From positions 15,562,001-15,626,000 of the forward strand of contig JBHGNT010000013.1 of the NCBI GenBank assembly GCA_043228905.1: a stretch of 64,000 nucleotides of DNA, in the 5' to 3' direction. A program made the translations under genes and the position numbers. The stretch is from Azolla caroliniana. Lineage: Eukaryota > Plantae > Polypodiophyta. The notes beneath the pieces were generated by a model. It had not been told where the DNA came from and did no database searches. It worked only from the letters and a program-made list of their open reading frames with translations. The stretch's first letter is position 1. Each line of letters begins with the position of its first letter. Shown piece by piece: positions 1 to 9,084 of the stretch.

Positions 1-2575
1 GTCCGGCTTTTGTAAGTGTGAAGTCGTACACGATGATATCCACATCAGAGATATCAAGGGTCGAGGTGTTACGAATGTTTCGCTTCCTCTTCCTACCTCC
101 CCTTCTTGTTTGGCATTCAATCATCTCCAATGTATACTTACCTGTAAAAGCATTTGCACTTCTAGTGTTGTACCAATGAACATTTATAGACTTGATCGTG
201 CTATCTATTTCATGCATTAGCACTTCTAGAATTTTACCAACCCAAAATTGGTGGCCATGTGAGTTCTCATCAGCCGGCGTTGCAATCAACATCCCCGCGG
301 TGAGCTCTTGCAAATTTCCTTGCCATCTAGCTTCGGCTGCTTTGGTCATCCTTGGTCCCACATAAATGTCTCTTTGTTGTGGATGGACCAAGCTGTCATT
401 AATCGCATTTACTAGTCGCTCCGGACTTCTATTTACGCGATCATGTTGCAGCGACCATGTGAATGGCGTTTCCAAATTCCAATTATCAACAGATACACAA
501 TTGTCTATAATTTCTTTCTGATCACTATAAAATACATCCCACCATGACGTGTCTTGTTGTGCGGCATATTTCTTGGCGGCCTCAATATGTTTTCTTTTTT
601 CTTCTAAGGCTTGGAGCCATGACCGTTTTTGTTCTAATACCAAGTCGCTCTGCAACTGTCCTTTCTTCTCAATTGGCATTTGCTTAGCTCCATGGACAAT
701 TGTACTCGGCATACAAAGTAATAACTGGCAACCACCTTCAGGTTCCCATGTTGTAGAAGATGAATATTGTTTAGCATACAAAAGTGTAGAACCACTTATT
801 CCATTTTTCTTTATCAAAAAAATGTGATTGAAACTTATATTGTTTAACTGAGCAAGCACTTTAACATTCCCACCACCCCCATCTAATATATATCTCTTAA
901 AGTCATATACCTCCTTCAAGTGTAACACTTTTGGGCGTGGTGTATATGCATCACAAATGACATCAAATAGTTTAGGTAAAGTGAAAGCATCATGCCGAGA
1001 CAACTGTCTGGAGAATGTGCTAAACATCTGATCTATATGGTCATGTGTGTGGCCAACCAAAAGGAAATTGACTTTCACTTTCCTAAACAATTCTAGGTTG
1101 ACCAACATACTTAGATAGCCAAATACAGTTGAATTTTTGTTCTCTCTAGCAGTATTGTCCAATTGAATGTATAGAACAGGGGGGAAAGGTTGTCCCCAAG
1201 ACATCAAAACTCGGTGAATCACTGTAACTGTTAGGTTAGGGTCATTGTGAACATTGGGGTAAGTAATGAAGACGTGAGGTCGAACAGACCTATTATAAGC
1301 CAAGCATCCCACCAAGTGCATTTGAACAAGGCACTCATCATTGACATCTTTGGGGAGCCTCCGCATATGCGGCAAGCATGTCTTCTTCTGGTCCATGCCA
1401 TCTATCATTAAGCACATGTATTGTTCAGGCCTCTTCAAACACTTCTCTCTATGATGCATCGCCTTCCTTCGTTCTAAGGATTGTGCCTCACGATGCTCTT
1501 GTAGTAACTTCTTACTCGTATCCTTTTCCATTGATGTCTTTGCACCTTTAGCCAAACTTTTAAGATTTGCACAAATGGAGCAATAACCCATACGTACTTT
1601 ACGAGGAATAATAACATTTGAAAACCGAGCTCTCCATAATCTTGTGAATTGGCTATAGGTGATAGACTTATTACGTGAGCCCAGCATTTCAGATCGATAG
1701 ACATCATAAACTTCCCGACGGGTATAATTATCAGAAAGATGCATCCTACCTGTAGTGGGCATTACTTCACAATTTAACTGAAAGTAAGTTTTCATCCAGC
1801 CAATAGCTAGTCTTCCAATTGCACCTTTCATACTTGGAACCTCTTTACAATTGAGCATCTGATCCCCGCTAAGTAGACGTTGTTGTACTCTATGTAGCCG
1901 CATGTTACTAACACATAACACAAATTTGAATGCAACTCTACATATCTGTTGCGCATGGAAGATATAATACTCGAATGATACTTTGATCCCCGTACATTTG
2001 TCAGATACTAGTTGCATATGTGATCCGAGGTAAGTGTCTTGCTCATCACCGGTCATCGAAAAATAGTATCGCCTTAATTCTCGCAACTTTGATTTTCCAA
2101 TCATAGACATACAACCACGGGCACAACATATTTTGTTGACATCAAATCCAATCTGTTTATCTGATGTCACCAAGCTAAATCTAGCCAGACGAATTCTTCG
2201 TGGGATTCTTCTAATATGCATAGGGCTCCCAGATTTCTCTTCCTGCATAGAGGTTGGTGTAACCTTGTTACAGTCTAATTCTCTGTTCTGACCATCGCCA
2301 ATGTTATTCAATGTTTCCTGGGCACTTCCTTCATTCCCGGTATCTTTATTAATATCGTATTCTTCAATAGAGAACTCTTCACATGTGTCATTATTTGCAT
2401 TCCCTGTAGATGAGCTCAGACAATATTCTTCGATAGAATATGGTGAGTCGGTCGAAAGACAATATTCTTCAATCGAATATGGTGACTCTGTTGATAAACA
2501 ATACTCTTCAGTAGAAAACGATGGGTCTGATGACAAACAATATTCTTCAATCGAGAACGGTGAATCTTCACTCAT
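1..2575 (-). CDS. Sola1/DUF7869-like DDD transposase, >858 aa, 3'-partial (runs off the window; absent from the ORF track)
   Basis: ATG at 2575 (MSEDSPFSIEEY...). The same frame was confirmed at YIQLDNTARENKNS (~1180) and DIIVYDFTLTKAG (40-2). The motifs KVRMGYCSICANL, IDGMDQKKTCLPH and FLLVGHTHDHIDQMFS read in between. Clearly homologous to 11940-14587. Confidence 0.85.
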   Translation of the reverse strand, partial: MSEDSPFSIEEYCLSSDPSFSTEEYCLSTESPYSIEEYCLSTDSPYSIEEYCLSSSTGNANNDTCEEFSIEEYDINKDTGNEGSAQETLNNIGDGQNRELDCNKVTPTSMQEEKSGSPMHIRRIPRRIRLARFSLVTSDKQIGFDVNKICCARGCMSMIGKSKLRELRRYYFSMTGDEQDTYLGSHMQLVSDKCTGIKVSFEYYIFHAQQICRVAFKFVLCVSNMRLHRVQQRLLSGDQMLNCKEVPSMKGAIGRLAIGWMKTYFQLNCEVMPTTGRMHLSDNYTRREVYDVYRSEMLGSRNKSITYSQFTRLWRARFSNVIIPRKVRMGYCSICANLKSLAKGAKTSMEKDTSKKLLQEHREAQSLERRKAMHHREKCLKRPEQYMCLMIDGMDQKKTCLPHMRRLPKDVNDECLVQMHLVGCLAYNRSVRPHVFITYPNVHNDPNLTVTVIHRVLMSWGQPFPPVLYIQLDNTARENKNSTVFGYLSMLVNLELFRKVKVNFLLVGHTHDHIDQMFSTFSRQLSRHDAFTLPKLFDVICDAYTPRPKVLHLKEVYDFKRYILDGGGGNVKVLAQLNNISFNHIFLIKKNGISGSTLLYAKQYSSSTTWEPEGGCQLLLCMPSTIVHGAKQMPIEKKGQLQSDLVLEQKRSWLQALEEKRKHIEAAKKYAAQQDTSWWDVFYSDQKEIIDNCVSVDNWNLETPFTWSLQHDRVNRSPERLVNAINDSLVHPQQRDIYVGPRMTKAAEARWQGNLQELTAGMLIATPADENSHGHQFWVGKILEVLMHEIDSTIKSINVHWYNTRSANAFTGKYTLEMIECQTRRGGRKRKRNIRNTSTLDISDVDIIVYDFTLTKAG
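2413..2570 (-). repeat. 39-bp coding tandem repeat (13-aa unit, SP[YF]SIEEYCLS[ST][DE]) at the transposase N-terminus
   Basis: Four units of caata(t/c)tcttc on + at ~39-bp spacing, plus a further FSIEEYD near 2360. Confidence 0.85.
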
Positions 2576-3248
2576 GGCTTAAGGTCTAGATAGGGCTCTC
2601 TAAGTTATACTCCTCTCTAACCATATACTCCTCCCTAAACATAAACTTCTCTCTAAACAAAAGCCAAATCAATAGAATGTCTATATTATGTAATATTCTA
2701 TTAAAATACAATACATCTAAAAATTATTTTTAATAAAGTAATTTAACTTAAATTATCAATCATTATATAAACTAGATCTAAATGATGTTAAATCAAGTAA
2801 AATATAAAACTAATCATTAACAAGCCTTGAATATGTTGGATTAATGTTAAAATCATTGGCTAATTAATGACACCCATTTTGATATAGAACGTCTCACTCA
2901 TTGATTCTTTAATGCTCACCATTTTAAATATTAGACTTATCAATCATTAGTTAATTCATGCCCACATCTTTAATACATAACTATTGAGAGTCATAAAAAT
3001 TTTTGCTTTTAGTAATCAATCATTGGTACATTCATGAACCTCTATCATTGTCTCCTTCATAACCTTTGAAGTGATTGTAGGTTGTTATGACTATAAAAGA
3101 TTCATCAATATGTTAGTTTGACTTTGTAATCATTAATACAATCATAAGTTACTATAGTTAATGTGACTATGGTTACAAACTAACTATCCTCAAAGTTACC
3201 AACATTGGTTAAGATGACTATGGTTACTTTAACCATGGGTTCAATCCC

Positions 3249-3256
3249 TATAAATA
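3249..3256 (+). promoter_or_regulatory. TATA box of the ParB-MTase gene (copy 1)
   Basis: CCTATAAATAGG lies ~140 bp upstream of ATG 3390. An equivalent TATATAAG precedes the homologous exon in copy 2. Confidence 0.6.
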
Positions 3257-3389
3257 GGAAGACCTCATCATATTTCACTCACCAGAGTGTACAGAGCGTA
3301 CAGAGCACACAGAGCACACAGAGCACACAGAGCACTCAAGGCACAAAGCACGAAAGCGCGATCTCCGCCTCCACACAACACGATCAACC

Positions 3390-6300
3390 ATGTCTTCCAA
3401 GAGAGTCGAGCGCGAGGAGTCCAGGTAGGCCTCTGACACTGTGGACATTTTTGTAAATATGTTTCGTTTCCCAAGAACTCGATACGGCGTATCGAGTTCA
3501 TGTATACAATACAAATATTTATACACGAACTCGATACGGCGTATCGAGTTCGTGTGTAAATATTTGTATTGTATACATGAACTCGATACGCCGTATCGAG
3601 TTCGTGTTTAAAGTATAGGTTTTAAACATGAACTCGATACGGCGTATCGAGTTCCTGTTCATAGTGTAGGTTTTAAACACGAACTCGATACGCCGTATCG
3701 AGTTCGTGTTCACTTTAAACACGAACTCGATACGCCTTAAACACGAACTCGATACACTTTAAACACGAACTCGATACGGCGTATCGAGTTCGTGTTTAAA
3801 GTATAGGTTTTAAACACGAACTCGATACGGCGTATCGAGTTCGTGTTTAAAACCTACACTTTAAACACGAACTCGATACGGCGTATCGAGTTCGAGTTTA
3901 AAACCTATGTTTTAAACACGAACTCGATACGCCGTATCGAGTTCGTGTTTAAACTGTAGCCTTTGAGAGAGAAAAATCGTTTACGGGGTGGAAATGTTAT
4001 CAAATTGTCTGTCAAAATCAGTCTTTTTATTTTGAGTTTACTTACTTCTAAACAAATACATGCTCTAATTATAGGTGTTTTTTGACCTACTTTAGCTTAA
4101 AATAGTAGAAAATGATCTACAAATTGCATTCACTATGACAAATTCTCATCAATATAGGTTTAGAATCTATATAAGTCATACCTACTATTTAAAAGAATAT
4201 ATAACCCGTTTTACTTATTACGATATATATTTTCTAGGTTGAATAGCCCTGCCTAGAATAGATTTTTGAATATGTTACTGCTCCTAGAAACTGTTCTTCA
4301 TTATAATAACAACTTCAATCTACGTAACTGTCTAACTTATGTTTTTGCATATACTTTCTTAAATAGGTCGTTTGAGAATCTGTCAGACCGACCCGTGAAG
4401 AAAATTAAGCTTCGCATACAAGGTTCTCCAATTGAAGCCCAGACCAAGGTAACTCCGGAGACCATGAAGAGAGGAAAAAAGCTTCTCTTTAACGAAGAGA
4501 CAAAATCTCAGCCCCATAGTGATGTAAGCCAAAAGAAAATTGTCGCCGCTACTGGAGGCGAAGACCTTCCAGACCGAGATCTAACGGACAAGGAATGGTG
4601 TATGCAATATGTCGACTCAAAGAAAAAAGTCATATTGTATACAGCAAAGAAGAAGGGTGAGGGGCAGCTAGGAAAAGAAACTCCATTTATGTATGGCCGA
4701 ATTCTACGATTTGACTACGAAGATGCAGATTTGGCCAACATACTGGTAATGATAGAGTGCTCCAAGGGGGTACGCAGGGTGTTCCTTTCAGAAGATCTTT
4801 TAGTAAAGGAATCTTGTGGGTCTGAAGTGTTCAAAAAAGCACTTGATAACTCACAAAACCTGATTGTTACATTGAGGCCTTATATACAAGGCCATGTAAC
4901 TCTACGAGATGAAGAGCCCTCCCACTTGAAGGCCACTAAAAAGGTATCCAAAGTCCAGTCAAGACCAGCCAAGAAGAAGACAACGAAAATGTCGGATACG
5001 GATTCGACAAGTGAAAATGAAGAAGAGGATAATAAGGGGACGCCAGGAGCCGAGCTGGCCTCGGGTGTTTTGTCATCCGAGCATAATAAAATAAGAAGAG
5101 AGTTAATGCAACGGAAGCTGGTCAGGAAAGGGCAAGTATTTAATTTGCCTATAACACACATCCATCGGCCCCCTATTGATGAAAAAACAGGTCGAAGACC
5201 ACTTGAGATTAGAGAGCCTCATCGCATGCATGTTCAAAATCTCAAGAAAAAAATGAAAATTAATCCTCATGCCACAGTGGTGCCTTTTATTGTTATGGTG
5301 GATCCTGAAGAATGTGAAACCATTGAAGATTTTGATATCAGAAAGCATGATCAATATAATTATTTTGTCATTGGTGGATCGCATTCAGCAGAGGCACGTC
5401 GACAACTTGTAAGAGAACATCCAACCACTTTCTTCTTCAAGTATGCCGAGTGCAAAATATATGTTGGGCTCACAACCGAAGAGGCTAAGCTGTTGGCATG
5501 GGACCATAATAATGATAATGACTATAGGCAGAAAATGTCGTCTATTGAGCGTATCCGGTTCTTCCACCACGAGTATTTAGATGTGAAACAAAAGTTTGGT
5601 GTGAAGTTACATCCAGGCCTTCGACGTCAATGTCTGCATGAAGTCGGCATTGTGGTAGATGATAATGTTAGGTCCGATGGTCTTCGAAAGTATGAATCTT
5701 GGTTTCAATTGGCGTTTAGAGATGGAGAAGTATGGGACCTCCAAGATCAAATCTTCTCAATGTGGGAGAATAAGGAGGTAAAGGGTCAACGACAAAAGAA
5801 ATGTAGGGTTGACCCTCAACTAGAATTAAAGTCACAAGCCGCCAAGAAAATTGACTTGACAATTGAAGAAGCGGCAGACGACATGAAGCTGTCTCTATGG
5901 AGAGCGATGCAAGGTATTAAGGATGAGCAGCTTCTTGTGTCCGTTTTGTCAAGGGTTGTGGCGAAAGATTTAAGCCTTGAAGAAATGGTCACCGAGTTCA
6001 ATAAGTAAGTCTTTCAAATACTGAAATTGTAGTCTATCTGGTGTAATTCAAAGTTCTAATCTTGATTTCTAATTTTACAGTCATAAGGTGTACATGAAGA
6101 TCCAAGAAGTAATGATGAAACAACTTGGATGTATAACTTGGGAACAAGTGACCGAGGATTATCCTCTAACGTCTTCGTATAAGGCGTTATCAGAGTATTT
6201 TATTGCATTCAAGGATTGGGTTAGTATTGATATTTTTTCATTACCCTTTCATCATATGTAGAGGTTGTATAATAATACCTGATGTCCTATTGCTTCTATT

Positions 6301-7590
6301 AGAAACCGTGTCGAGGCAAGAAACAAGGAGAAGTTAAGGATATACACGATTTCCCTACATCCTTCCTTGCACATCTCGAGCGAGCCAGAAAAGAAAAGGA
6401 TCGTCGCTTAGTCAAGGCGTACGAAATGGAGGAAGATGGCTCGTTTAAAAAATTTAGCCACAAGAAAGATATTACGAGAGATCTTTACTACAATGTGGTT
6501 TGCGGTGATGTCATCGACTTGATCCAGAAGGTGCCAAAGAAGGAATATACGCTAATGATTGCGGATATTCCTTACGGATTTCGAATGGCTGGGTCATCAT
6601 ACGACGATGAACCGTTTAGGTTTAAACAATTGGAGAAGATGGTCAAGGATTTCGCTGAGCTAACGACCGCATCCTTGTGGCGAATAGTTGTCTTTCATAG
6701 TATGGACCAAGGGTACTCGGTAGCTCAAGCTTTGAGATCTTGTTGCCATGGCATCGAGAACCTTGCATTGTAAGGATTATTTATAGGTGTCTTTCATTAT
6801 ATTGCAATTCTTAAGGTTGTTGAATCTATTTTTAACTCGATGAATTATTTTTTATAGGATCAAGACCAATGTAAATAGAGGGCCAACTTTTCGGTTCGTT
6901 AATGCCATTGAATACATAACGGTTGGCTACTTCGATGAAATTAAAAAACAGAGAATCAAAGAGCATTCTAATGAAGTGGGAGGTTCAAATCTGTTGGTAT
7001 ATCCAGCAGTGACTCGGAAATTGCGACATGTCACCACGACAGAACGGGGACTTGTCAACCCATACCAAAAACCTCAACGACTTATGATGCGCTTGATCGA
7101 GATGTTTTCTGTCGAAGGAGACTGGATATTAGATCTCTTTTCTGGCACAGGTATTCCTCGAACTAGGGTAACGATCTTGAGATAACCAATCACTTTTTTC
7201 GTTTGACAACTAAATCTTCTTGTTACTTACATCATAGGAACTACGTCAGCATGTGCATTGAAGCTGTTTAGGAATACAGTTGCATTGGAGAAGGACGAGG
7301 ACCAAGTTATATTTATTAATATGCGGATTAAGGCTTTGTGGGAGTGCCCAGACCAGGATGAGGAGGTCGGTGCAAAGAACCTCGCCAATACAGAAAGGTT
7401 TCAACCCGCTTCGCGAGAGCCTATTCCTCCGTTAGCCGGCGAACCGGGAGAGCTAATAGAGCTTGATGATGAGCTTATAGAAGATATTTCGTTGGCCCGG
7501 CTAACAGGGGAAACCAATGCACGTATAGCCGAAGACAGTTCTACACAAGATGATGAAGAAAATGACGTAGATGAATTGATTGCTATGTAA
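3390..7590 (+). CDS. ParB/Srx-like domain fused to a beta-class N6-adenine/N4-cytosine DNA methyltransferase; 6 exons, 974 aa
   Basis: Exons 3390-3424, 4367-6004, 6081-6219, 6303-6769, 6858-7150 and 7238-7590 are all GT-AG and phase-compatible, totalling 2925 nt with no internal stop. The ParB-like core is PFIVMVDP...YFVIGGSHSAEARRQL...EAKLLAWDHN. MTase motif IV (LMIADIPYG) precedes NPYQKPQRLM and motif I (ILDLFSGTGTT...ALEKD), which is the beta-class order. Confidence 0.88.
3475..3952. repeat. Array of palindromes GAACTCGATACG-[G/C]-CGTATCGAGTTC, 9 full and 2 half copies, in intron 1 of the ParB-MTase gene
   Basis: Centres at 3487, 3539, 3591, 3642, 3693, 3779, 3830, 3881 and 3932 (spacing 52,52,51,51,86,51,51,51). 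Arms often extend to TTTAAACAC...GTGTTTAAA. Confidence 0.97.
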
Positions 7591-7769
7591 TAGACTCTAT
7601 AAAGAATATGACACTAACGATTTGTTAAGATTTCACATTATTAATACAAATTTTGGGTTTTACCTAGTGGATTCTATTCTTTATAATCATCTATATGTTT
7701 CAATTTTATTTTTATATACCTCATTAGTAGATTTATGATATTGGTTTCACCGCGTGCATAGCTGACTAC

Positions 7770-7873
7770 TGTCATGAACAGTACTGAGACAGAGAAGGAA
7801 TTAGTACTAAACGAAGGATTAGTACTATGAGAGGTGTGGAACTTCTTCGAGAGAAGGAAGAAGTGAGCAAGAC

Positions 7874-7944
<71 letters not shown>

Positions 7945-8226
7945 TGATAAGAAAGATATTTATTATATGAAGAGAATATACAACGGTGGCTAAAAGGCTT
8001 AAGACTGGCGTTGAACCAATTTGGTTCAACATAATGCCTAGTGCCCTCTTTTATAGTGTTTTCAGGAGTAATCCTGAAGCTTCTAGAATGTTCCAGAGAA
8101 ATCTGGAATATACACTAAAATGTAAATGAAAATAATATCCTACGTATTACAATAGATGGTCTAATGGTCAAGAGCTCGACCCATATAACCTAAGGTCATG
8201 GGTTCGAGTCTTGCCATATCATGACA
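7770..8226 (-). mobile_element. Solo LTR, 457 bp
   Basis: Termini TGTCATGA...TCATGACA; 5-bp TSD ACTAC at 7765-7769 and 8227-8231; internal (AG)n; TATA on the minus strand. Confidence 0.9.
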
Positions 8227-9084
8227 ACTACCAAACTTATGGAGAAACATGAACTAGCTTAAATGGAGGTTGATTTTGGTCCAAGCTAACCTTAACAGAA
8301 CATGGCCCTATAATTATTGCCATGACTGTCCATGTTGTTATTATGGATCTTTGTCTTATATTGTTAAAACTATTATGTTTCTATTCCATTGCTGCTTAGA
8401 TTGTGTAGTGTGTTGATAATGGTTCCAGTTGCGTTATCGTTCGGAGTTTGATCTTGTGTGAATCACCTAAGCAATAGAGTAGATCAATTTTAAATACAGG
8501 TATGAAAGCCTAATAGGTTTGTTATTTCCACGACATTATCCTAAAGTTCACTGCCTTACATTGTGCACAATTATATACACATATGGTTTGATCCCATATG
8601 AACAAACTGAGGAATAGATTAGATCAACTTTTAATATAAGTATTGAATACTTTAATAAGTTAGTTATTCCAATCACTTATCCTAATGTGCACTATCCTAC
8701 ATTTTCGACAATTACATACATGCACGTATGGGTCAAAGTATAAATTATATCTCATTTTATTAGTATGGATACAAGTACACCTCATAATTTTGTAAAACCT
8801 ACCTAATTAATATAAGTCTTTAAGTTAGTGTTTCCCTTGTCGCACAATAGTGCCATATTGAGCCATAGTTGAACTTTATTTAGATACATTAACTTATCAA
8901 CATGTCTAAACTTGCATGATTTCTAATGATCTCCACTCGTAGATCTATCATGTATTTTTATATTTGCAAATTCTTATCAAGTTGAGGAACATGTGATACT
9001 AGTGCATCCAATTATTGTAGAGAGGGTGTATTTGCTTCGTTTTAAGAAGATTCTACAAGTGGAATGCGCAATCCTTCCACTTGT

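Larger units (their letters stand above)
1..7769. mobile_element. DNA transposon copy 1: Sola1/DUF7869-like transposase plus divergent ParB-like/DNA methyltransferase gene (left end outside window; right end not defined)
   Basis: The same two-gene divergent layout recurs in a diverged second copy at 9085-14900. Termini and TIRs were not identified, so the right boundary is approximate. Confidence 0.75.

Noticed and set aside
3205-3722. Short ORFs over the leader and palindromes (e.g. NSIRRIEF repeats)
   Set aside because: They are by-products of the repeated DNA.
3475-3952. CRISPR array
   Set aside because: Spacers are near-identical or reverse complements of each other rather than unique, there are no cas genes, and the array lies in a eukaryotic intron.
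4266-4366. ORF-track N-terminus MNMLLLLETV...
   Set aside because: It is AT-rich intron sequence ending at acceptor AG 4365-4366; exon 3390-3424 joins in phase and has a counterpart in copy 2.
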